A stretch of DNA of 64,000 nucleotides from a virus. Taxonomy: Duplodnaviria > Caudoviricetes. The notes under the pieces were generated by a model. That model was not told the origin of the DNA. It worked only from the letters and a program-made list of their open reading frames with translations, and ran no database searches. Within the stretch, counting starts at the first letter, position 1, and each line of letters starts with the position of its first letter. Location: positions 1,200 to 65,199 of IMG/VR virus record IMGVR_UViG_3300027749_000112; one strand, written 5' to 3'. The translations under genes and the position numbers were made by a program. Shown here piece by piece: positions 37,836-46,685 of the stretch.

Positions 37836-37856
37836 ACTAACTACCAACAGGTCAAC
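37833..37856 (-). promoter_or_regulatory. GTTGAC-N15-ATG motif
   Basis: GTTGAC CTGTTGGTAGTTAGT ATG. Confidence 0.75.
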
Positions 37857-37859
37857 TTT

Positions 37860-38075
37860 ATGACGACAGACACACCACCGAAAAAGATCCGCATCTGCGG
37901 GATCACCAACACTGCCGGCATCAAAAAATACGCCTTTGATGTCCTAGCTGATAAAGGGCGTCTCCAATTCACGCAAGTGAGCAAGGAGTTTACCGACCGA
38001 GCCGAGGCGCATCTGCGCTCCTGGATCCGCAATGAGCTTCACATGCACCCAGCAATGGGGAAGACAATCCGATGA
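37860..38075 (+). CDS. small basic protein, possible truncated histone fold
   Basis: Start MTTDTPP; AGIKKYA...QVSKEFTDRAEAHLRSWI...GKTIR. Confidence 0.6.
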   Translation: MTTDTPPKKIRICGITNTAGIKKYAFDVLADKGRLQFTQVSKEFTDRAEAHLRSWIRNELHMHPAMGKTIR

Positions 38076-38275
38076 GCCTATCCATTCCACAGATTATTGA
38101 ATGCGCGTCTTTACGGGGATTCTCACTAGGAGCCGACGACGCCATGGACATTATCCAGTTTGCTAAGGCCGGCGAATCGGCTGAAAGCGCAACGTGCGAG
38201 TGGCTTTTGATTAACGAAACCTGTGACCCCAACTTAGAAGTGAAGTTCGGATTGCCAGCCAGTACATTTGCATGA
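38072..38275 (+). CDS. hypothetical protein
   Basis: ATGA-coupled at both ends. Confidence 0.55.
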   Translation: MSLSIPQIIECASLRGFSLGADDAMDIIQFAKAGESAESATCEWLLINETCDPNLEVKFGLPASTFA

Positions 38276-38565
38276 GCTTTCAACCCACCAACGACATCAG
38301 GCTCACCGCCTCCGAATTCAACAAGCGCAACGGATGGGACATAAATGCAGCCATCGAGCTTGCCCAGGAAGTCCTCACCGATACCAACGCTCATCAGGAG
38401 CGCCGGTATCTGGATAATGGCGAGGAGATGTGGGCTGTCCTCATGAAGGTCTATGAGGATATGTGCCCCTACGAAGCACGGGATCAGGATGAAGAGGAAA
38501 TATACGATCGCGTCGCTGATGTGATTCGCAAAGTTAAACCCAATTATGATGAGCCAGATTTATGA
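38272..38565 (+). CDS. hypothetical acidic protein
   Basis: 97 aa. Confidence 0.6.
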   Translation: MSFQPTNDIRLTASEFNKRNGWDINAAIELAQEVLTDTNAHQERRYLDNGEEMWAVLMKVYEDMCPYEARDQDEEEIYDRVADVIRKVKPNYDEPDL

Positions 38566-38800
38566 GTACGCAACCCCACACCACAATCCGATGAGCCCTC
38601 AAGACAAGAAGCACTACGAGAAGAACTTCAAGCGCATGCACACGCGCGAGCATGAACAATGCAAAGACGAATTGTTCAGGACGATCGGCCTCTTCTACGG
38701 AACCATCCGTGGAATGAAGGCGGATATTCATGATCCCGACATGGTTCAGGATCTTGAGAGTGCAGTGGAAGAATTAGATTTAACTTATTCCAAGTTATGA
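38546..38800 (+). CDS. hypothetical protein
   Basis: 84 aa, coupled to next gene. Confidence 0.55.
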   Translation: MMSQIYEYATPHHNPMSPQDKKHYEKNFKRMHTREHEQCKDELFRTIGLFYGTIRGMKADIHDPDMVQDLESAVEELDLTYSKL

Positions 38801-39111
38801 AAGCAACTCACACGCCTGGCCCTTGGGGAGTCCTAGACGAACCTGGACACCCGCCACTCATCACCGCTTGGAATGATGCGGATGGCAGCACCGACGACAT
38901 TGCAGAAGTTTTTGAGGAAACTACTCAGTCCTTTGCAAACGCTCGACTCATCGCCGCCGCACCCGAACTGCTGGCTGCGTTAAGGGGTGCTCGTGATTTC
39001 ATTCTCGGCTTCCGTGAAGACGAGGCTCCAGCCGGACTTCTTGACGAAGTTAAATCCGCCATTGCCAAAGCAACGCGAGCTGACCCCTTTTTAACCCCCA
39101 AAGAATCCTAA
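38797..39111 (+). CDS. HTPGPW...ANARLIAAAPELL family phage protein (paralog)
   Basis: ~44 bp near-identical DNA shared with the 34817 gene. Confidence 0.75.
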   Translation: MKATHTPGPWGVLDEPGHPPLITAWNDADGSTDDIAEVFEETTQSFANARLIAAAPELLAALRGARDFILGFREDEAPAGLLDEVKSAIAKATRADPFLTPKES

Positions 39112-39133
39112 GACAAAAACCAAGAAATAATTT

Positions 39134-39535
39134 ATGAAAACAACAACTAAACCCAAGTATCGCTGGAAACTAGCCTTCGGAAACCCCGACAAGGATCACT
39201 CTTACTGGCTTGACCAGGACAGCGGACGCATCTCCCTCAAGGATGAGTCCGGAGACCTGCCACACCAGGCCGACGATGGAGTTCTATGGTTAGACAAGAA
39301 CAGGTCTCTGGTCGCCCATCGGCATGACGGGAAAACCTATGTCTCTATCCCGCTTACGAGTGAGAAGAATAACGAGGAGACCAGCTCAATCACCAGCGTC
39401 TCTAAGGCTATCCGCCTAGCCGAACGCTTCCACATGAAGCTCGTCTTCAAGGATGTGTTTGCGATGGAGCTGAAGGCCCATCCACTGATAAGCGCCGCCC
39501 GCAAGGGCGAGGACTTAGTAATCTCGTTCTCCTGA
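39134..39535 (+). CDS. hypothetical protein
   Basis: 133 aa. Confidence 0.65.
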   Translation: MKTTTKPKYRWKLAFGNPDKDHSYWLDQDSGRISLKDESGDLPHQADDGVLWLDKNRSLVAHRHDGKTYVSIPLTSEKNNEETSSITSVSKAIRLAERFHMKLVFKDVFAMELKAHPLISAARKGEDLVISFS

Positions 39536-39548
39536 TCCCAACAACACT

Positions 39549-39863
39549 ATGCCACTAACAACCGAAGACCTAGCCAACCGAGTAAACATCGACGACTGGG
39601 AGCCGAATCTCGACCCGTCTGAGTACGCAGATGAGGCGCGAAGGTACGATACCTACGGCACAGACCTTGCCGAAGTTCAAGCCGCCGACCCGAAACACGT
39701 CTGGACGTGTATCTCCTGCGATACCTGCGACCGATGCGACGAGGCGCTGCAGCCCGACTGTGACTGCACCCCGCTCCGAATTGTGGCGGGACTTCACTAC
39801 GTCAATCGTGAGTATTACATCATCACCAAGAAGCCCTGGGTCACTGGGCATGAGTGGGAGTAA
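39549..39863 (+). CDS. phage protein with Cys-cluster insert
   Basis: HVWT-CISCDTCDRC...CDC-...GLHYVNREYYIITKKPW. Confidence 0.7.
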   Translation: MPLTTEDLANRVNIDDWEPNLDPSEYADEARRYDTYGTDLAEVQAADPKHVWTCISCDTCDRCDEALQPDCDCTPLRIVAGLHYVNREYYIITKKPWVTGHEWE

Positions 39864-39931
39864 CCCTAGTATTTATGACCCGAAAACAAACCCCAGTAAT
39901 GCCTCGCATTCACCTACAAAACCAACCAACA

Positions 39932-40384
39932 ATGCCCAAGCGTACAACACGCATCTATATGCCCGAACCTGAACTGACGCCCGAACAAGAACAACATAGA
40001 ATGGAGCTTCTCATCCTTGCCGCCGAAGCCTCTGGCATCGGGTCGAACAAGTCTCTCGATCAAGTCCTTCGTGAAGCGGAGGAGAAGTGCATTGGCAACC
40101 CGCCGGCGCCCAACCTCCACGGTGAATGCCCTGGTGAGGAAGTGTATGTGGCAGTTCCGGTATGCGTGAAAGACGCGATCCGCGATGCCGTGGAAGCTGG
40201 GCGCCTTCCCATGGAAACCCCTTTCATCACATGGATGGAGAAGAAGGTTGCCGAGTTCAATCTAGTTGATCCTGATTGCATCGCCGCCAGTCACAGCATC
40301 TTTAATACCGGCAAGAGTTGGTCGTTCTGCCCAGAGATTGCCGACATCTGCACCGGATTCACCTACTACCCACCTGAGAAATGA
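39932..40384 (+). CDS. hypothetical protein
   Basis: Start MPKRTTR after aaccaaccaacaATG leader. Confidence 0.6.
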   Translation: MPKRTTRIYMPEPELTPEQEQHRMELLILAAEASGIGSNKSLDQVLREAEEKCIGNPPAPNLHGECPGEEVYVAVPVCVKDAIRDAVEAGRLPMETPFITWMEKKVAEFNLVDPDCIAASHSIFNTGKSWSFCPEIADICTGFTYYPPEK

Positions 40385-40605
40385 ACATCCACCTAACCAA
40401 GCTACAACTCGAAGCGCTCCAAACATTTGAACCCCAGGAAGGCACATGGGAAGGAGCTGCTGGACACGAACAAGTCGAAACCTTCGTCGCTGATGAGATT
40501 AAGCTCCGTACCGGCCTTAATGTCTCTGTTCAGCTCTTCCGAGAAAACGGGGAGCACCTGCAGGGTGATGAGCGCAGTGGGACAATGCTGATCACTCGAA
40601 TCTAA
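40381..40605 (+). CDS. hypothetical protein
   Basis: 74 aa, coupled. Confidence 0.55.
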   Translation: MNIHLTKLQLEALQTFEPQEGTWEGAAGHEQVETFVADEIKLRTGLNVSVQLFRENGEHLQGDERSGTMLITRI

Positions 40606-40608
40606 AAT

Positions 40609-40800
40609 ATGAACCCTACATTCAAATTAAAAGTAACGCGCCTCGTTGCCGGCAAGGAGGAATCGGATTTTGTGCGCACAAAGTACGGAAAGATCCGAGA
40701 GATGAACCAGCAAGAGCTGGATGAGGAACTCTCCAACCAAAACCGCATCATGTACCAATGGGAGTCCGAACTGCCGACGCTGGAGGTGCAATCATGCTAA
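40609..40800 (+). CDS. hypothetical protein
   Basis: 63 aa. Confidence 0.55.
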   Translation: MNPTFKLKVTRLVAGKEESDFVRTKYGKIREMNQQELDEELSNQNRIMYQWESELPTLEVQSC

Positions 40801-41087
40801 AAGACAACTACACCAGCGACACTCTTGTTCTCCCGCCGCCCCTGGAAATCACCCAGTCTCAGATGCGCAAAATGCTCACTGAGCTGAATCTTGATACGGA
40901 GGGTTGCCGCCAAAGTGTCCGATTGCATCGGAGATATAAACTTCATTACAAGGCTCCATATATTCACGTTTATGATCCTGACGAACCAGAGCGCGTTGCT
41001 AGGTTTCTGGTTCAGGCAATGGCCTTGGCTGAGTTCCATGGGGAAGTAAAACTGAAAAACTCGCCGATAAATAAAAATATAAAATGA
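40794..41087 (+). CDS. hypothetical protein
   Basis: Start MLKDNYT. Confidence 0.55.
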   Translation: MLKDNYTSDTLVLPPPLEITQSQMRKMLTELNLDTEGCRQSVRLHRRYKLHYKAPYIHVYDPDEPERVARFLVQAMALAEFHGEVKLKNSPINKNIK

Positions 41088-41362
41088 AACCCAACACAAC
41101 AACCCGCAAGCGATCCACCACCCCGCGAAAACCCAAGGCAGAAAAAGTTGCCGAGCCCAAGCTAGAGACTCTCGCGCCGGCGATAGTGGAGGAAGACCTC
41201 AGCAAGCTATATCGCGGTATTGGGCTTCTCCTAGTATCTGTCCCTCTCCTTCTCCAGGGACACAAGAATGCCGGCCCCACCCTCCTCGAAGGAGCCATGA
41301 ATATCATCGATCATATCATTCCTGATATGCCGAAAGAGGTACTTGCAAAGGTAACCGGTTGA
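41084..41362 (+). CDS. hypothetical protein, last of island
   Basis: 92 aa, basic N-terminus, one hydrophobic segment. Confidence 0.6.
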   Translation: MKPNTTTRKRSTTPRKPKAEKVAEPKLETLAPAIVEEDLSKLYRGIGLLLVSVPLLLQGHKNAGPTLLEGAMNIIDHIIPDMPKEVLAKVTG

Positions 41363-41606
41363 CCTGCCCAGCAAAAATCGGGGGAAGCATTGAGGGGGGA
41401 AAAGTGTGGCTGAAACGATAAGCCATACGGATTACCAGCGACCTGAACTTCCTCCGACCTTTTGTTAATAAAACGAATGCGAATTCTTAACAGACACTAC
41501 AGTGGATAGCGCCCGATACATCAGGCAAGTGTAGTGAGTTATAGCTTGATGTTTCATCGACACGTTCCTGAAACGTGTACACGAAACGGGTTTTTATCAA
41601 CACGAC

Positions 41607-43463
41607 TCACTCCACCAATTCCTCGACCTTGAAAGCTGCTGGCACGTTCGCCAGATCCGCATCGTCCTGTATCACTCCCCCACTCTGGCCCATGACCAAC
41701 TGCATGCTCTCGCAATCGAATAAGTGGTTATCCCTCCTCACGCGCTTCCAGTAATACGTCATCCTCCCCGTGATCCGATTCACCTTCACCTCCCTCCGCT
41801 CTGAGTTGAGCTGATGGATGTAATCCTTGGAGATTGTATTCGGGACATGCCACCTAGCGGGATCCGCATACCGCATGACCTCCAAGCGATCCTTGATCCG
41901 ATCGTTGCTCCAGAAAATGAACATCGCCTTGTTGTTCTGCTCGCTCTGCAGCACCGTGCCCAAGTGAGGGTCGCGGTATTGAACCGGCGAGTATTCCTTG
42001 AGTACCCGCTGCCCCCTACCCTGACTATGAGTAAAACCACCCTTGTCGCTTCCCCATAATCCACGCCACCCATTCTTTACCAGGAGGGCGCTGACCATAT
42101 TCGGTCTGTGAGCCATATCTAGCCCCACCCTCCTAGCCTCCACGCCAAAGTCGATCTGGAGCTTTTCCAGTTCTTCCGGTGTCTCCACCCTGCCCTCATA
42201 CAGCAACCAACTTTGCTGGCCTCCCTCAAACTTAGGATTGCTCCAGCTCCGAATCACAACCCAGAAGTGATTCTCCTGAACATCCACCGTCATGATGTTG
42301 ATCTTGTCGCTAGGCAACTGAGCCGTCACATACCCCGTTGTGCTGATTGGCTCGTTGTCGATGCTCTGCTCGTCATCATACGGCTCTGCTAGCGTCGAGT
42401 TGATGAATGCCTGTCTTCGAGTCATGCTCGTCTTTGACTGGATCCATTTCACGGCCAAGATCCCCCATTGGCATTCCTTCAGCGGAGCATACAGCGAGTT
42501 CAGGTGATAGCTGCGCCGGCCAAGCAAAGCGTTAGGATTCGTGGGGATCCATTCTCCCTGCTGCAGCATGTCCAGCTTCTGGTGATCCAAAATCTTTCCA
42601 TCACACTCCTGGCACCGGTAGTAGGTATTCCTCCTGACCTTTTCCTCGTCCCAGTCGCCATTCGTTTTGCTCTCGCTGGCGTCCTCATTCCACCACCTGA
42701 CCTGACCCCACTTTAGTGCAATCATCTTTTTGCAGTGAGGGCAGGGCAAATGAAAATACCTTTGATCTCCCCTCTCAAACTCTTGCCAGATTTCTCCAAA
42801 CTTTGTCGTCGGAGTCGAAGTTTTGACCCGCAGCGGGTAAGGAAAAGTTTTTGTTCGCTCCTCGGCATTCTGTAGGGCGCCGGCTTCCCTAGTGCTTTTC
42901 TGCCCCAGCTTATCCGTCTCATCAACCAGGAGGAGTCCGCATGGACGTGACGCCAAATTTGCAGGACTGTTACTGCCGGCGAAGGTCAAAATTGCCCGAT
43001 CAAAGTATTGCTCTAAAATCTTGAAGTACATCCGATCTGTACTCTTTTGTTTTTTCAGCGGGGCAATCGAGTCTATGAATGGGATCCACCGGCTCTTGGA
43101 AAAGCTCTCAGCAAGGTCAGTGTTGGGCATCACCCACAACGCATTCATTGGGTCGTTGCAAAGTTTCCAAGCCGCCCCTCCCATGACCGTCAGCGTTTTC
43201 CCCACCTGCGTTCCAAAACACAGAACTAAATCCGTCACCTGCTTGTCCTGAAAACAGTTAAGTGGCTCCCTTACATAGGGGCGCGAAGATGTGTTGAATT
43301 GCCCTGGAGAACTACTCTCCCTCTCCGACAAGTACGCATTTTCCTCCAGCCACTCCCAGACACTGAGCGGCGGGGGTGACGAGAGAGTCTCAAACATCGC
43401 ACTCTCAACGCGATGGATGGAATCTGGATCGTCTATCGGTAACTCTTGGAGGGGATGGCTCAA
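41607..43463 (-). CDS. terL: terminase large subunit, lambda GpA family
   Basis: GTQVGKT Walker A, LLLVDETD Walker B, STPT, PCPHC, TVDVQ, DNHLFDC. Confidence 0.95.
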   Translation of the reverse strand: MSHPLQELPIDDPDSIHRVESAMFETLSSPPPLSVWEWLEENAYLSERESSSPGQFNTSSRPYVREPLNCFQDKQVTDLVLCFGTQVGKTLTVMGGAAWKLCNDPMNALWVMPNTDLAESFSKSRWIPFIDSIAPLKKQKSTDRMYFKILEQYFDRAILTFAGSNSPANLASRPCGLLLVDETDKLGQKSTREAGALQNAEERTKTFPYPLRVKTSTPTTKFGEIWQEFERGDQRYFHLPCPHCKKMIALKWGQVRWWNEDASESKTNGDWDEEKVRRNTYYRCQECDGKILDHQKLDMLQQGEWIPTNPNALLGRRSYHLNSLYAPLKECQWGILAVKWIQSKTSMTRRQAFINSTLAEPYDDEQSIDNEPISTTGYVTAQLPSDKINIMTVDVQENHFWVVIRSWSNPKFEGGQQSWLLYEGRVETPEELEKLQIDFGVEARRVGLDMAHRPNMVSALLVKNGWRGLWGSDKGGFTHSQGRGQRVLKEYSPVQYRDPHLGTVLQSEQNNKAMFIFWSNDRIKDRLEVMRYADPARWHVPNTISKDYIHQLNSERREVKVNRITGRMTYYWKRVRRDNHLFDCESMQLVMGQSGGVIQDDADLANVPAAFKVEELVE

Positions 43464-43678
43464 TCTAGTACCAGGTCGTTGTCGTGAATGAGATCGTTCA
43501 GATGCTTCCGAGTAGCAATCAGAGCCTCATGAGCGTCCTCAAAAGTATGCCCGTACTTGATCCAGTTGCGGAGTTCTCCCTCTAGCTCCTGAAGGCAGTA
43601 TCGAAAAGTTCCTCCATTGATGGCGTTGTAATGTTCGGTCTGCTCGTCCGGTAGATTAAATTCGAGTGTAGCTTTCAT
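43460..43678 (-). CDS. conserved small phage protein
   Basis: MKATLEFNLPDE...LRNWIKY. Confidence 0.7.
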   Translation of the reverse strand: MKATLEFNLPDEQTEHYNAINGGTFRYCLQELEGELRNWIKYGHTFEDAHEALIATRKHLNDLIHDNDLVLD

Positions 43679-43809
43679 TTAATTAGAATGTTGTAGGCGA
43701 ATTTCAGCATTACGATAGTGAAGGATGAAAGTAGCCCCAGAAGGATGAGAAGCATCCAGCCCATGACTAAGTGACCGACGATTATCGTGAGTTTATCTTG
43801 CCAGTTCAT
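43675..43809 (-). CDS. small membrane protein
   Basis: Start MNWQDKL, hydrophobic, coupled at both ends. Confidence 0.5.
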   Translation of the reverse strand: MNWQDKLTIIVGHLVMGWMLLILLGLLSSFTIVMLKFAYNILIK

Positions 43810-44411
43810 TTGTTGGTTTTTTTGAAACGCTCCATAGCGTCTTGGTAATAAGTCGGGCAATAAACACGGATTACGTTTAGGCAATCCTCTGTGAGTTTGG
43901 ATAGCCTATCGACTTCGGCCTCGTGCTTTCCTTCCATTTCCTCGGCTTCGTATGATTTGCCTTTCCAAAACTCAACATCGGCTTCTGCTTTCTTTGCTCG
44001 TTCTTGCTCTCGTTTTGCATGAGTGCCGTAGTCCCAAGCATCTAGCTCTTTTTTAAGCCTCTCAACCTCGGCCTCTGCTTTCTCGGCTCTTTCCCTGCAA
44101 GGATGAGGGCCGAGGATGTGTTCGTAACCATCCCACGAAAGCCCAGCAATTGTGCCTCGCAACGTGTTGATGTGGACTGCAGATGGATCTTTTAGGAGTG
44201 TCTTAATGTGTTCAATCTCTGCTTCTGCTTTCTCGGCTCGTTCTCTCCACTCGTTCCGTTCCTCGATCTCACAGCAAAGCGAGGATCGTGCAGGATGGCA
44301 TCCCTTGGTGTGGTAAGTGCCGCAGACATACCAAGTGCGGTTTCCTTCTGTATTGTTTTCCATACTGCCGCAATGAGGACATACATCAGTTCGTGGTGTG
44401 TCGGTGGTCAT
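43806..44411 (-). CDS. Zn-finger plus coiled-coil protein
   Basis: Start MTTDTPRTDVCPHC; repeated RERAEKAEAE. Confidence 0.65.
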   Translation of the reverse strand: MTTDTPRTDVCPHCGSMENNTEGNRTWYVCGTYHTKGCHPARSSLCCEIEERNEWRERAEKAEAEIEHIKTLLKDPSAVHINTLRGTIAGLSWDGYEHILGPHPCRERAEKAEAEVERLKKELDAWDYGTHAKREQERAKKAEADVEFWKGKSYEAEEMEGKHEAEVDRLSKLTEDCLNVIRVYCPTYYQDAMERFKKTNK

Positions 44412-44412
44412 A

Positions 44413-45105
44413 TTAAGCGGTAGCATATCCCTTCTGGCCCTCAGCAATCGCCAGCTCGATCTCTTTCCGAATCGCGGCCTCGGCCAGGATGTCATTTTGC
44501 GGGTTTGCCAAAATTGCTGCATTTCTGGGGCAAGCCCGTAATCTGGACAAAAACGGCCCCCATACACGATTTATGATGCCACGGGCCGCATCATGAGTAA
44601 TGAGCGTTCCTTTCTCCTTTTGGATCTGCATGACCCTCTTCTCGGTATCCATCCGGTTCGACTGAGCTTTGTTATATGCGTTGATTGCGGTCAGGAGTTT
44701 CCCTGGCATTCCGCTCAACCGCTCTACTTCTTCGGCGCAATGCCTCTCAATCCGAATCGCTTGCTTTAGGCTCCCCTCAATCGTCGAGACATCGATCCGG
44801 CTACTCCTTTCCTTTTGCATCCTCTTCTGCTGCTCTTCATAGTTCGCAAGTGACTTCTCCTCATACTCTTGCTTTATACTCTTTACGTCAGGCGCAGCGT
44901 CTTTCGTGCGGTATCCGACGCCCCTTGGAGAGTTTGCATCTCTCCACTCGGTAGCTTTTAATATCAAATCCTCTATGCTTTGGCCCTCACTTAGCGTTAC
45001 TGGGCATCCCTTTTTCCTGCATGCGTAGACATAAGTTCGGCTCGTGCCCCAGGCGGCAGCGATTGAGGGAACCGGACTTAGTGTGGTTTCTGCTAATGTG
45101 CTCAT
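44413..45105 (-). CDS. terS: terminase small subunit (Nu1-like)
   Basis: N-terminal wHTH IAAAWGTSRTYVYACRKKGCP; coiled coil ending KGTLI; upstream of terL. Confidence 0.75.
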   Translation of the reverse strand: MSTLAETTLSPVPSIAAAWGTSRTYVYACRKKGCPVTLSEGQSIEDLILKATEWRDANSPRGVGYRTKDAAPDVKSIKQEYEEKSLANYEEQQKRMQKERSSRIDVSTIEGSLKQAIRIERHCAEEVERLSGMPGKLLTAINAYNKAQSNRMDTEKRVMQIQKEKGTLITHDAARGIINRVWGPFLSRLRACPRNAAILANPQNDILAEAAIRKEIELAIAEGQKGYATA

Positions 45106-45222
45106 GATGTGTAATTTATGAAATAAATAATGTTATTAAAGATAAGATGACTATGCTATAAGCAGACCTATTGATTTGCTATTACAAAGAGATTCCTTGC
45201 CCACCATGGTGGATGACATCTC

Positions 45223-45501
45223 TCATTGGTCAGAGTTAGGGTCATGTGTAATAGAGTGTAACTGCCCGTTACAGATGCGATCATAACATTCAGACGTTAG
45301 TGCCTCATCTACCCATGCAGCGAGGCGCTTGGTCTCATGCATCTCGACTGCCTTGCCGGCCTCGATAAGGCAACGAGCAAGCCCATTACATCGTTCATGC
45401 TTAAAGGTAGTGATCAATTCTCGATTGATTCTCACCTCATAATTACGTTCCCCATGTGGATCAGACGCATCGCCCCCTCCTATGTTAATTATGGAGATCA
45501 T
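45223..45501 (-). CDS. hypothetical protein
   Basis: 92 aa, coupled. Confidence 0.6.
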   Translation of the reverse strand: MISIINIGGGDASDPHGERNYEVRINRELITTFKHERCNGLARCLIEAGKAVEMHETKRLAAWVDEALTSECYDRICNGQLHSITHDPNSDQ

Positions 45502-45731
45502 AACATCAACTCATTATCGAGCGTCTTCAGCGCATCCGTAGCCGCTGCGAACGCTGCATAGTTCGAGTAGTTCGAGTAATCTCTAGGGAATGAGGATTGC
45601 TCGAACATGCGAGCAATCTCCATGGCCTTATCTCTCTGCTTCTCAATCGCAGTGATTTTGTCGCGAAGCCTAAGCAACTCGAAGAGAGGTGCTTCCCCGC
45701 TTGGGCCAAAGTTGATGTTGCCTACATTCAT
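45498..45731 (-). CDS. hypothetical protein
   Basis: 77 aa, coupled. Confidence 0.55.
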   Translation of the reverse strand: MNVGNINFGPSGEAPLFELLRLRDKITAIEKQRDKAMEIARMFEQSSFPRDYSNYSNYAAFAAATDALKTLDNELML

Positions 45732-45973
45732 GGCTTTTTTTTCCTTGTGCTGTTGTTGTACCGGACACTTTCCGCATTCTGGCGACTATCCACTATGCCC
45801 CTATCAGCGAAAAATCGACTGCATGCCCTACAGACCTCGGCAAACAATCGGGCATAGTAATTGTACTCCTGGGTCGCCTCCCTAGCCGTGTGCTCCCACT
45901 TGCTATGAGGCGTGTAGTTGCGGTAATAATCAGGCTTCTTCATGCTGATTAGATAAACAGGGCTTTGATCCAT
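45728..45973 (-). CDS. hypothetical protein
   Basis: 81 aa, coupled. Confidence 0.5.
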   Translation of the reverse strand: MDQSPVYLISMKKPDYYRNYTPHSKWEHTAREATQEYNYYARLFAEVCRACSRFFADRGIVDSRQNAESVRYNNSTRKKKP

Positions 45974-46173
45974 CCGGTTGCCTGAAGGAGCGCTTTAAAA
46001 GCGGGATTCATTGGATGGGCATCAACCATACTAGCCAGCTCGTAGTTGTCCTTACGGCAGGGGCCGCAAATACGAGGTGTATCAACTGCAGTTGTACGGC
46101 GTTTGTTACCGCAGGAGAGGCAGGTATAGGAGCGTGAGCGTTTGGGTGATACCTTGGGTTGCTTTTTTTTCAT
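45949..46173 (-). CDS. small Zn-finger protein
   Basis: CLSC...CGPC. Confidence 0.55.
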   Translation of the reverse strand: MKKKQPKVSPKRSRSYTCLSCGNKRRTTAVDTPRICGPCRKDNYELASMVDAHPMNPAFKALLQATGWIKALFI

Positions 46174-46191
46174 GGGATTCTTATTTGATGG

Positions 46192-46548
46192 TTATTTGAT
46201 GACCGACTTTAAGTGTGCCAGAGCTATAATGGCTTGTTTCTCTTCCGAGTATCCCTCCTCGTCTTCGAGGAAGCGTTGGGATTGCTCGCGGTGCTGCAAA
46301 TGGTATCGGAGAAGGGATTCGAGCTTGTCGGCAATCGCAAGAGCACTGTCACGTTGCTTCCGTGCTAGGCAAGCCGGACGCTTGCATTGTGGGCCGCAAG
46401 AATGGATGCCGGCAGCCCACAGGTTATCCATTTCCTCTTTGAGATCCTTTAACTCGATCTCCAGCTTACGGACAAGCGCCTCAGAAGTGTCAGCCTTCAT
46501 TCTTTGTTCCTCCATTCGTTCTCCTCCATCGGCTTTTCGGGCCGGCAA
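46192..46548 (-). CDS. hypothetical coiled-coil protein with HSC..C...C motif
   Basis: GIHSCGPQCKRPAC; true start may be 46516 or 46500. Confidence 0.55.
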   Translation of the reverse strand: MPARKADGGERMEEQRMKADTSEALVRKLEIELKDLKEEMDNLWAAGIHSCGPQCKRPACLARKQRDSALAIADKLESLLRYHLQHREQSQRFLEDEEGYSEEKQAIIALAHLKSVIK

Positions 46549-46685
46549 AATCCGATGTCGTAGAAGCCCATGGCGAGCATGTCCTGAATGGTAAGGGTTG
46601 GATCGACAAACCGGCTCTCGCCCTTGCTGTTCACGAACTCGATGGCGTTGGGGCGCCTCAATGGGTAGGCAATGTCTGGTGTCAT
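46497..46685 (-). CDS. hypothetical protein
   Basis: 62 aa. Confidence 0.5.
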   Translation of the reverse strand: MTPDIAYPLRRPNAIEFVNSKGESRFVDPTLTIQDMLAMGFYDIGFCRPEKPMEENEWRNKE

